Below are positions 20,786 to 29,121 of a DNA stretch of 64,000 bases, piece by piece (position 1 is the stretch's first letter; every line of letters begins with the position of its first letter). This DNA comes from Candidatus Kapaibacterium sp. Its GTDB lineage: Bacteria > Bacteroidota > Ignavibacteria > Kapaibacteriales > UBA2268. The notes beneath the pieces are model-generated. The model saw only the letters and a list, made by a program, of their open reading frames with translations. It was not told the origin of the DNA and did not search any database. A program made the translations under genes and the position numbers. The stretch covers positions 1,998,111-2,062,110 of the forward strand of contig OY761611.1 of assembly GCA_963664875.1 (NCBI GenBank). The letters are read 5' to 3'.

Positions 20786-21318
20786 TTATCCCAGTGTATT
20801 TTTTCTTTTACAAATTTATCTTTAGGCAATTCGTTACCAATAGGCACACCAACCGGAATGACACTTAGAGGCAAGATGCCTTTAGGCAGTTCCAATATAT
20901 CTTTTACGGTATTTATTCTATCACTGGCAGGATAAACAGCTGTCCATACAGCACCATAGCCTAATGCTTCAGCGGCAAGTAAAATATTGAGCGTAGCAGC
21001 AGAGCAATCCTGCACCCATAGGCTTCCTTCGGGCTCGCTAAAAGCTTCGCCGGGTTTACCGCAAACAACTATACCTGCAGCAGCATCTTTTAACATTTTA
21101 GCATAAGGTAACCTTTCTGCTAAAAATCCTTTGATGTATTTGTCAGTTACAACAATAAATTCCCAAGGTTGATGATTGTTTGCTGACGGCGCCGCCATAG
21201 CTGCTCTAACCATTTCCTCTAAGTGCTCTTTAGGAATTGATTCTTGTTTGAATTCTCTAACGCTTTTTCGTGTATGTATTGTGTGTAGTGCAGTATTCTT
21301 TTCGTACTTTTTAAGCAT
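20779..21318 (-). CDS. Nitroreductase-family protein
   Basis: Nitroreductase fold signature (RKSVREF, AAPSANNHQPWEFIVV, GAVW). It overlaps mltG by 7 nt. Confidence 0.75.
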   Translation of the reverse strand: MLKKYEKNTALHTIHTRKSVREFKQESIPKEHLEEMVRAAMAAPSANNHQPWEFIVVTDKYIKGFLAERLPYAKMLKDAAAGIVVCGKPGEAFSEPEGSLWVQDCSAATLNILLAAEALGYGAVWTAVYPASDRINTVKDILELPKGILPLSVIPVGVPIGNELPKDKFVKEKIHWDKW

Positions 21319-21387
21319 TTTTGAAATTCCTCAATGTACAATTAGCATTTTAACAAATATACGTCCAAAATTTTTTTTATTTCAATA

Positions 21388-21432
21388 CAATATTCGTATA
21401 TTGAAAACTTCTATATTGCTAAAGAGCAATAT
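21388..21432. promoter_or_regulatory. Two AT-rich palindromes (CAATATTCGTATATTG and ATATTGCTAAAGAGCAATAT) in the divergent nitroreductase/OsmC promoter region; candidate operator
   Basis: Perfect 6+4+6 and 8+4+8 inverted repeats lie 40-80 bp upstream of the OsmC start at 21470. Confidence 0.3.
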
Positions 21433-21469
21433 TCTTTTATAAATTATATATTTTGGGAGACTCAGAGTT

Positions 21470-21880
21470 ATGAGCATGAAGATAACATTCCCGGGCAATA
21501 AGAAGGTAAATGCGGAATTTAACGGTTGGGTTGTGGCAACTGATCAGCCTATTAATGGTGGTGGCGACGGCACTGCTCCTGCTCCTTTTGAATTATTTTT
21601 GGCATCATTAGGCACTTGTGCCGGCATCTATGTAGCAGGTTTCTGCCAATCGCGCGGAATCAGCATGGAAGGCATTGAAATAGAACAAGATTTAAAATGG
21701 GATCCTATCAAACAAAAAATAGGTAAAATTACTTTGGACATCAAAGTTCCAAAAGATTTCCCTGAAAAATACTATGACGCTCTTATTAAATCTGCATCTA
21801 TGTGTGCAGTAAAGAAAACTATTCAGGATCCGCCTGAATTTGTAATTCAGACAGTAGTAAACGAAGCGATTTCTGCTTAA
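21470..21880 (+). CDS. OsmC/Ohr-family peroxiredoxin-like protein
   Basis: OsmC fold motifs (GGGDGTAPAPFELFLASLGTCAGIYV and the second Cys in ASMCAVKKT). Confidence 0.8.
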   Translation: MSMKITFPGNKKVNAEFNGWVVATDQPINGGGDGTAPAPFELFLASLGTCAGIYVAGFCQSRGISMEGIEIEQDLKWDPIKQKIGKITLDIKVPKDFPEKYYDALIKSASMCAVKKTIQDPPEFVIQTVVNEAISA

Positions 21881-21920
21881 AATAAATTTTCACTATGACA
21901 CAGCACACGTCAGAATAAGA

Positions 21921-21959
21921 AAAGGAGCCGATATTCTCAAAATAGAGGCTCCTTTTTTA
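21921..21959. terminator. Bidirectional Rho-independent terminator between OsmC (+) and flagellin (-)
   Basis: aaaggagcc-N17-ggctccttt hairpin flanked by T-runs on both strands. Confidence 0.55.
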
Positions 21960-22012
21960 CTTTTCTGAGCGGTAATCTTTAGATATCAAACCACTCTCCA
22001 ACATGCATTTTT

Positions 22013-22960
22013 TTAGAACAACAATAGATAAGAACGAGGGTTTTGATTTGCCTGAGCAAGAGACAAAATTGATGTCTGCTGCAAAAATTGATTTTTTACA
22101 ACATTTAGCTGTTCATTAGCCACATCAGCGTCTTCAAGTCGAGAAATTGCAGAATCATAATTAACAATCTGAGAGCGAATCGCTTCTTCCTGAGAGTTGA
22201 TTCTGCCCTGAACACCACCTAAATAAGAAGCCACATTTCTAACGTTTTTCATCGCTAACGAAAGACTATATAAAGTACTTCCAATTTCGTCACTAGCAAA
22301 TATGTTCAAATCAGATGCAGTAACATCATTGAGTTTGGACAGATCTAAGCCTGTCACACCTGCGAAGTTCGAAACGTCTAAGCCTGAGCCTTCATCAACT
22401 GCATTCAGATTAAAATTTAGGCTATCAACATTGAGATCTTCGTTATCTGACTGCAAATCAATCCCTAAGGTAATCATATTATTTACGTGGTCGTAACCGA
22501 TTACCCAATCAGCTTTGTAATCACCGCTAAAAAGTTGGTAGCCTCCAAAAACAGAAGATTCAACCACCGATTGGATTTGTTGAGATAATCTGTAAGAGCT
22601 TTTTGCCAATGCTACTTTTTCGTCTTTACCTATCGAATCAGCAGATGCCAAAGTAGTAGCTTCTTTTATTTTAGCGAGTAAGCCATTAATATTATCTAAA
22701 GTGTCCTGCGAAATGGAAGCAACGTTGCCTGCTTCGCCACTTAGTCTCAAAGCCGCTTTTAATGAGCCATTTCTTGCTTCTAAGGACTTGGAAGTAATAT
22801 AAGCAGAGACATCGTCCGCAGCTACATTTATCCTTTTGCCTGTAGAAATCCTGAGCTGGCTGCTCGCAATCTCCTGCGATGATCTAACATTGCTGTTATA
22901 AGCCTGCTCAGCAGAAATATTGGCACGTATTCTTGCTTCACCCGAAATTGTTGCCGGCAT
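22013..22960 (-). CDS. Flagellin (FliC/FlaA-type, short 315-aa form); FlgL not fully excluded
   Basis: Conserved flagellin N-domain (LRISTGKRINVAADDVSAYITSKSLEARNGSLKAALRLSGEAGN..ISQDTLDNINGLLAKIKE) and C-domain (LSRLEDADVANEQLNVVKNQFLQQTSILSLAQANQNPRSYLLL). A consensus sigma-28 promoter lies directly upstream. Confidence 0.7.
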   Translation of the reverse strand: MPATISGEARIRANISAEQAYNSNVRSSQEIASSQLRISTGKRINVAADDVSAYITSKSLEARNGSLKAALRLSGEAGNVASISQDTLDNINGLLAKIKEATTLASADSIGKDEKVALAKSSYRLSQQIQSVVESSVFGGYQLFSGDYKADWVIGYDHVNNMITLGIDLQSDNEDLNVDSLNFNLNAVDEGSGLDVSNFAGVTGLDLSKLNDVTASDLNIFASDEIGSTLYSLSLAMKNVRNVASYLGGVQGRINSQEEAIRSQIVNYDSAISRLEDADVANEQLNVVKNQFLQQTSILSLAQANQNPRSYLLLF

Positions 22961-23026
22961 AATCTATGCTCACATTAAAGAATTACATTTCGGGCATCCT
23001 ACCTGTTTACTATTCCTCTTAGTTTC

Positions 23027-23053
23027 TTATCGGCACATTGGAAAACAACTTTA
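23027..23053 (-). promoter_or_regulatory. Sigma-28 (FliA) class promoter for the flagellin gene
   Basis: On the coding strand: TAAAGTTG - 11 nt - GCCGATAA. This matches the TAAAGTTT-N11-GCCGATAA consensus and lies ~65 nt upstream of the flagellin start. Confidence 0.6.
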
Positions 23054-23298
23054 GCTTTTTTTATTGATTTTATATAAAATTTTTGAAATAGTAGAATCTA
23101 CTTATTTATTTCATTCATGCTATAAGTGATGATACCGATATAAAGAAAGTGTGTGTTTCGGCTATAATCGTATTTTGATAGTTTTATCTCTTTTGAATTG
23201 ATATCCTAATTCGATACCGGGGTAGATGATATCATAATATTTTTTAAATTAGAATTAGTTAGTTACATTGATACAAGAAACAACATAAAGAAACAAAG

Positions 23299-25089
23299 AT
23301 GAGAAATATAAATGCAATTTTTTTATTCCTTGTCCTAATGCTAAGTATAATTGGGAAAAGCAAGGCAAATAATGATACGTTTTTTGACGATTATATGAAA
23401 CGTAATGGTGAGCTTTATCCTTGGGAAAGAGATGCTACATTTTTGAACAAAGATAGTTTATGGATAGAATTTTACTTAACAAAAGCTGAGGCATTTATCA
23501 CTAACGACAATGATTCAGCACTACATTTTTTAAAGATTGCAGAAAAGAAAATACAAAATAAAAACTACACTCGACTTATTCCTGAACTATATTCCAAATA
23601 TGGCAATTATTACTTCTTTATAGATAAACAGGACACAGCGATTTATTATTTCAAGGCAGCAGCTAAAATGGCAGAAAAAGAAAAAGATACACTAACTGCC
23701 GGAATATCTTTCAGTAATTTAGCTCTAATTTACTCTTACCAATCGCAATATGACAAATTTCTTACATCAGCTCAAAATGCTATCATCTATAACAATTTGC
23801 TCAATAGGCATATTGCAAATATGAAAATATGGACAGCTCTTTCCGATTACTATTCTCATGAAAAAGATACTTTAAAAGCAGAGCATGCTTCTTATATGGC
23901 TCTAAGAGCTGCAGATTTGAGCAAGAATTTTGTATGGCAGCCCTGGGCGAAGAATCAGTATGCCTTATTGCTATTAGATTTTGGGAAAATAGAAAAAGCA
24001 GATAGTCTTATCTCGGAGCTCTTGCCTATAGCTGACACCATTTACTACAAGAAATTATCGAAAAATATTTATAAAACAAAAGCAGTCATACTAAATCTAC
24101 AAAAAGATGGCAACCGTGCTATACAATTTCTCAATAAAGCAAAAGATGCAGCACCATTTTCATCAACTTTTGATTCTCTCGATTATGAGATGTCTTTTGC
24201 TGATGCGTACGCAATTATGAATAAGCATCAATTTGCTATAGATATTTATAGAGGAATATTGAGCGTAAAATCAGATGTTTTAGATTTGGAACTGAAATTA
24301 AAGACTTATGACAAGCTAATCGCCTCGCTACAAGCAACTAACCAATATAAGGAGCTTTCTTATGTATGGGCACGTCGAACAGAAATCGCTAATGAGTTGC
24401 TAAATTCACGAAATATAGAATTGACTAAAAAATACGAAGTTGAACTCAATCTTCAGGATAAAGAACTTCAAACGAAAAAAGCAGAGTTGCAAGCACAGGA
24501 AGCAGAAGAAAAGACGACTTATTTGGCTTTTAGCTCTGTAATCCTTGCCTTTATCGTACTGTCTATAATATTAAGGATGCGTATTGCAAAAAAACAATCT
24601 GCACTGCAATTTCGAAATAATGAGTTGCAAAAAACAATCGAACTCAACGAGCAAAAAAACCTTTTAAAACAAAAGGAAAATGAGCTTTTTGAGCAAACAA
24701 AAGCTCTTGCAGAAAAACAGGAAATTGTAAATCGTCTCGAAGAAGAAATTACAAAAAGCAAATCTCTTAATATGCCAACTTACAGCATTGAGCAAATTTT
24801 AAGTGAAATACAGCAAAATAATATGACTATAGAATCTTTTGATTTGAAATTCAACGAGATCTATCCCGATTTTTATACTCGTTTATATCAAACATGCTCT
24901 GACCTTTCTCAGTCAGAAATAAGGGTTTGTGCTTTGATAAAGATGAATATGAACACTAAAGAAATAGCAAATCTGCTAAATGTATCACCCTCAACTATCG
25001 ACAACCACAGATTCCGAGTCCGCAAAAAATTAGAATTGGAAAAAGGCACTAACTTATTTGATGCAATTCAAAATTTAGACAACTCGTAA
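23299..25089 (+). CDS. Membrane-anchored TPR-repeat transcriptional regulator with a C-terminal LuxR/GerE-type HTH
   Basis: Signal/anchor sequence, TPR-like repeats (YYFKAAAKMAEKEKD..), an internal transmembrane helix (YLAFSSVILAFIVLSIIL), a coiled coil, and a C-terminal LuxR HTH (SQSEIRVCALIKMNMNTKEIANLLNVSPSTIDNHRFRVRKKL). Confidence 0.65.
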   Translation: MRNINAIFLFLVLMLSIIGKSKANNDTFFDDYMKRNGELYPWERDATFLNKDSLWIEFYLTKAEAFITNDNDSALHFLKIAEKKIQNKNYTRLIPELYSKYGNYYFFIDKQDTAIYYFKAAAKMAEKEKDTLTAGISFSNLALIYSYQSQYDKFLTSAQNAIIYNNLLNRHIANMKIWTALSDYYSHEKDTLKAEHASYMALRAADLSKNFVWQPWAKNQYALLLLDFGKIEKADSLISELLPIADTIYYKKLSKNIYKTKAVILNLQKDGNRAIQFLNKAKDAAPFSSTFDSLDYEMSFADAYAIMNKHQFAIDIYRGILSVKSDVLDLELKLKTYDKLIASLQATNQYKELSYVWARRTEIANELLNSRNIELTKKYEVELNLQDKELQTKKAELQAQEAEEKTTYLAFSSVILAFIVLSIILRMRIAKKQSALQFRNNELQKTIELNEQKNLLKQKENELFEQTKALAEKQEIVNRLEEEITKSKSLNMPTYSIEQILSEIQQNNMTIESFDLKFNEIYPDFYTRLYQTCSDLSQSEIRVCALIKMNMNTKEIANLLNVSPSTIDNHRFRVRKKLELEKGTNLFDAIQNLDNS

Positions 25090-25112
25090 ATATCTTTAAA
25101 TAAGACACTTAG

Positions 25113-25138
25113 CCTCATAGGTGAAATATGTGAGATAA
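25113..25138 (+). promoter_or_regulatory. Conserved upstream motif, copy 1 (CCTCATAGGTGAAATATGTGAGATAA), ~60 nt before the IPTL-CTERM paralog A start
   Basis: Near-identical 26-bp element found at the same offset upstream of all three paralogs (25113, 26945, 29029). Confidence 0.45.
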
Positions 25139-25198
25139 TAAAGTACTTCATAAATACTACTTTACAACTATCAATAACATCAACTATGAGGTAGTAAT

Positions 25199-26842
25199 AT
25201 GATTTTTAAAACTCCTTTTTTTATAGCGGCTATGGTTTTTCTAATGATAGCTTCTACGATTACAAGAGCTGTATCTTGGTACCCAAATCGAAATATAAAT
25301 TCATCAAACTGGGCTTATGCGAACAGCCAAGAAGCAGATTTTGATGGAGATGGAGATGTTGATATTTTGGTTAATGGAAGGAAGGGATCGACCGGCACAC
25401 CTTTTTCAACTGTTCTATACGTGAATGATGGAACCGGAAACTTTACAGAAACTTCAATCCCATCTTTTTCTATATACCAATTTAAAGAGATCCACATTTT
25501 AGATATTGATTCAGATGGTGATATCGATCTTCTGCTCCCATTTTACAATACTACGCTTTCTCGTATTCAGTTTGGCTTGTTCTTAAACAACGGAAATGGT
25601 CTATCATATACTCAAACACAAGCTATCGACTATATTAATAGGATTGAAGTCGGTGATATTGATGGAGATGGCGATATTGATATTGTAGGTATCAATAGCG
25701 ATACAAAACAAATTGTCAAATTGGTAAATAATGGTGCAAATGCCTTTAGTTCTACTGATATTGAACTTTTAGGTGATGATGTGAATCCGGTAACAAATCC
25801 CGCCCTAATATCAGCTACTTACTACGACATAGAGCTTTTTGATATTAACAATGACGGTGATCTTGACATAGTCTCTGCATATACAAATGCAGTTGGGCTT
25901 CCATCTCAAGCTGGTGTATTACAAGTGTTTGAGAATAATGGCTCAGGTTCATTTACTGAACTATCTAAGATCATAGACACAGAAGCCGCATCGGCTAATT
26001 TCAAACCAGGGACAGGAATAATGATAGTACCTGCTCATATCAATGGAGATAATTTTAAGGATTTCTTGATATCCGCCCAAGGTGCTCTTTATAGTTTTAC
26101 CAATAATCAAGCTTCAGGTTTTACATCCTCAGGTAGTTCTATTGCCTCGAGTGAGTCTAATAGTTACAATCCTAATTCATACAGAATCGCTGATTTAGAC
26201 GATGATGGAGATGATGACATAATAATTTGGGGTGCAGGTACTACCGGCACTGTTATCTTAGGAAGAAACGGAGGCAATTTTAGTTATTCATTTGCAACAT
26301 TCAACAGCGGTAATAAAATTAATGGGCAACCTACAAGTACTTTCCAGGTATGGGCAAGTGGCTCAATTAATGTTGCTGATTTTGACGGAGATGGCGAAAT
26401 AGATATGCATGTGTTTAGTTTATATGATAACAGTGGACCGGGGCTTTATGGTTCAGCATGTCCAACAAACGTTTCCATCTCCGCAGTATCCAAAATATCA
26501 GATACTGAATACGAGATAAGTGCCACTCCCGATGACGGTGCTTGTTCTACGATTTTAGCGAAGGGTATAGTATGGGGAACATCAACAAATCCAACTCTCG
26601 CATCAAATTCGGGTTCAGTTGCTGCAGGTTCCGGTTCAGCATCATATAGTGCGAACGCTATAAATGTTACAGTAGGTCCGGGCTATTACGTGAGAGCTTA
26701 TGTTACTACTTCTATTGGGACATATTATTCTGAGCAGGTTCACTTTGGTGTAGTTCCTACATTGCCTGAATGGGGTCTGATAATCCTCGCAGGCGGATTT
26801 TTAGTAACAGGCGGATGGTTTATGTTTAGAAAGTTTATGTAG
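25199..26842 (+). CDS. Secreted FG-GAP/VCBS-repeat protein with an IPTL-CTERM-type C-terminal sorting tail (paralog A)
   Basis: Signal peptide. Repeated Ca-binding FG-GAP-like loops (DFDGDGDVDIL, DIDSDGDIDLL, DIDGDGDIDIV, DINNDGDLDIV, DLDDDGDDDII, DFDGDGEIDMHV). C-terminus VPTLPEWGLIILAGGFLVTGGWFMFRKFM matches the [IV]PTL[SP]EWG motif followed by a transmembrane helix and a basic cluster. Confidence 0.8.
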   Translation: MIFKTPFFIAAMVFLMIASTITRAVSWYPNRNINSSNWAYANSQEADFDGDGDVDILVNGRKGSTGTPFSTVLYVNDGTGNFTETSIPSFSIYQFKEIHILDIDSDGDIDLLLPFYNTTLSRIQFGLFLNNGNGLSYTQTQAIDYINRIEVGDIDGDGDIDIVGINSDTKQIVKLVNNGANAFSSTDIELLGDDVNPVTNPALISATYYDIELFDINNDGDLDIVSAYTNAVGLPSQAGVLQVFENNGSGSFTELSKIIDTEAASANFKPGTGIMIVPAHINGDNFKDFLISAQGALYSFTNNQASGFTSSGSSIASSESNSYNPNSYRIADLDDDGDDDIIIWGAGTTGTVILGRNGGNFSYSFATFNSGNKINGQPTSTFQVWASGSINVADFDGDGEIDMHVFSLYDNSGPGLYGSACPTNVSISAVSKISDTEYEISATPDDGACSTILAKGIVWGTSTNPTLASNSGSVAAGSGSASYSANAINVTVGPGYYVRAYVTTSIGTYYSEQVHFGVVPTLPEWGLIILAGGFLVTGGWFMFRKFM

Positions 26843-26873
26843 ATTTTAAAAGTTTGAGAATTATTGATTATTG

Positions 26874-26910
26874 AGATACCGCAGGCATTTTTGCTTGCGG
26901 TATTTTTTTT
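26874..26910 (+). terminator. Rho-independent terminator after paralog A
   Basis: ataccgcaggca-tttt-tgcttgcggtat hairpin followed by T8. The same sequence is duplicated after paralog B. Confidence 0.55.
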
Positions 26911-26944
26911 ATTGCTTCTAAATAGTTGTAATATAACTATTTAC

Positions 26945-26970
26945 CCTCATAGGTGAAATATGTGAGATAA
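26945..26970 (+). promoter_or_regulatory. Conserved upstream motif, copy 2, ~62 nt before the paralog B start
   Basis: CCTCATAGGTGAAATATGTGAGATAA, identical to copy 1. Confidence 0.45.
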
Positions 26971-27032
26971 GATTTTTCTGGTATATCGTTAGATTTAGCA
27001 TGGGTTAATCTATACATATACAAGGTTGAGTT

Positions 27033-28928
27033 ATGAAAAAGTATATCATGTTGACTTTAATCATCTTATTCATCAACAGTTCTTTGTTGTTTTCTCAAGG
27101 ATTTTCAGTTACTCCAGTATTCTTTGCCTGGGATTCTATTCACGATGAAGCTCCTATAAGCATTGTGTCGGGAGATGATGGAAACGCCGATTTAGCTCCT
27201 CCATTTACATTTCAATATTTTGGAGAAAATGTTACAAATATTAATGTAACAACAAATGGCTATATCACTTTAACGACAGCCTCGGGAACAAGGGACCTAA
27301 ATATTTGTCGTGCAGATTTAGAAGCTTTCGATTTTGCTGTAAGATATGTAGTTAGAGGTGTTAGCCCAAATAGAGTTTTAGTGATAGAGCACACAGATTT
27401 AGACTATTTTAATAATATCAGCACTACAATGGATTTACAATGGATTTTTTACGAAAACAGTACAATCTTTACATTTGTATATAACCAAGTTGATTTTGTC
27501 AACAATAGTAATCTATCTATACAAAACGGAGTAGGTTCCACCTATTATCTAACTCCTACTTCGGGATGGGGACAACCGACTATTACAGATTTCAATATTT
27601 TTGGACTAAATTCAACAACTGAATCTTATTTTTATGATGGTTGTGCATATACTTTTACACCAAGCTTAACCGTATCTGCAACAACGGTAGCTTCTGCAAT
27701 AACCACCAATAGTGCTTCTTCAGGCGGCAATATATCTAATGGTGGGCTAACCCCTGTAACTGCTCGTGGTGTATGTTGGAACACTAGCGGAACTCCAACT
27801 ACCGCTGACAGTAAAACTTTAGATGGCACTGGTACGGGGGTCTTTACAAGTATTCTATCTGGTCTTTCTTCAAATACCCAATATTTTGTCAGAGCTTATG
27901 GTACAAATACGGAAAGTACTGAGTATGGCCCTCAAATATCTTTTTATTCTTTAGCTAATGTTCCTACTGCCCCCACTGTAGATAATGCAACTTCTACAAC
28001 AGTAGATGTTGATGTAAATACTAATTCCAATCCTGCTATAACCACTTATGCTATCCAAGAGACATCCACAGGCAATTATCTGCAATCAAATGGAACTCTC
28101 TCAGGCGTGGCAGTATGGCAAACAGATGCAATATGGGCTACCAAAACTGTTACCGGACTTTCGCAAGGGACTACATACACATTCCAGGTTAAAGCAAGAA
28201 ACGGTAATAATACAGAAACTGTATTTGGAGCTACGAGTTCTATTATGACTTTGGGCGAGCCAATTCTTGACGCCACAACGGCAGCAAGTTCTATCTCAGA
28301 AGGCTCAGCAGTAAGTGGCGGTAATATAAGCAATGACTACGGATTAGGAGTAACTTCCCGAGGCGTCTGCTGGAATACAGGAGGTAATCCTACCACTGCT
28401 GATTCTAAAACTACAGATGGTACCGGAACAGGTGTTTTTATAAGTAATATTACAGGACTACAACCTAACACTACTTACTATGTTAGGGCTTATGCTACAA
28501 GTTCAGGCGGAACCGGGTACGGTGCGCAAATAAGCTTTACTACATTAGCCCTTTCTGTATCAATTACTAATGTGCTTAAAGTTAGTGATACACAATATAC
28601 TTTTACGAGCGACCTAACTAATCCAAATACGATAACAATTTTAGACAAAGGAATCGTTTGGAGTACCTCTCAAAATCCGACAACTACCTCAAATAGCGGT
28701 TCGGTATCTTCGGGAGCAGGGAGTGTACAGTTTACTGACGACGCGACCGGTTTATTGGTCGGACCTGGTTACTATGTTCGTGCTTACATCACAACAGCAA
28801 ACGGAACATTCTATTCTGAGCAGGTTCACTTTGGTGTAGTTCCTACATTGCCTGAATGGGGTTTGATAATCCTTGCCGGCGGATTTTTGGTAACAGGTGG
28901 ATGGTTTATGTTTAGAAAGTTTATGTAG
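27033..28928 (+). CDS. Secreted repeat protein (FN3/Ig-like tandem domains) with an IPTL-CTERM-type sorting tail (paralog B)
   Basis: Signal peptide. Three ~90-aa internal repeats (GVCWNT.G.PTTADSKT.DGTGTGVF...NT.Y.VRAY.T...G..YG.QISF). The C-terminal ~125 aa are near-identical to paralog C, ending VPTLPEWGLIILAGGFLVTGGWFMFRKFM. Confidence 0.8.
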   Translation: MKKYIMLTLIILFINSSLLFSQGFSVTPVFFAWDSIHDEAPISIVSGDDGNADLAPPFTFQYFGENVTNINVTTNGYITLTTASGTRDLNICRADLEAFDFAVRYVVRGVSPNRVLVIEHTDLDYFNNISTTMDLQWIFYENSTIFTFVYNQVDFVNNSNLSIQNGVGSTYYLTPTSGWGQPTITDFNIFGLNSTTESYFYDGCAYTFTPSLTVSATTVASAITTNSASSGGNISNGGLTPVTARGVCWNTSGTPTTADSKTLDGTGTGVFTSILSGLSSNTQYFVRAYGTNTESTEYGPQISFYSLANVPTAPTVDNATSTTVDVDVNTNSNPAITTYAIQETSTGNYLQSNGTLSGVAVWQTDAIWATKTVTGLSQGTTYTFQVKARNGNNTETVFGATSSIMTLGEPILDATTAASSISEGSAVSGGNISNDYGLGVTSRGVCWNTGGNPTTADSKTTDGTGTGVFISNITGLQPNTTYYVRAYATSSGGTGYGAQISFTTLALSVSITNVLKVSDTQYTFTSDLTNPNTITILDKGIVWSTSQNPTTTSNSGSVSSGAGSVQFTDDATGLLVGPGYYVRAYITTANGTFYSEQVHFGVVPTLPEWGLIILAGGFLVTGGWFMFRKFM

Positions 28929-28960
28929 ATTTTAAAAGTTTGAGAATTATTGATTATTGA

Positions 28961-28996
28961 GATACCGCCGGCATTTTTGCTTGCGGTATTTTTTGT
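28961..28996 (+). terminator. Rho-independent terminator after paralog B
   Basis: Hairpin ataccgccggca/tgcttgcggtat followed by a T-tract. It is a duplicate of the terminator after paralog A, and the ~90 nt after the stop codon are also duplicated. Confidence 0.5.
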
Positions 28997-29028
28997 TGCT
29001 TCTAAATAGTTGTAATATAATAGCTTAC

Positions 29029-29054
29029 CAATATAGGTGAAATATGTGAGATAA
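29029..29054 (+). promoter_or_regulatory. Conserved upstream motif, copy 3, ~67 nt before the paralog C start
   Basis: CAATATAGGTGAAATATGTGAGATAA; the core TAGGTGAAATATGTGAGATAA is identical to copies 1 and 2. Confidence 0.45.
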
Positions 29055-29121
29055 GATTTTCCCAAAAAATTCGTTGATTAAGAAAGTGTTCAACTAAACA
29101 GCACAATTAAGGTGTATCAAA

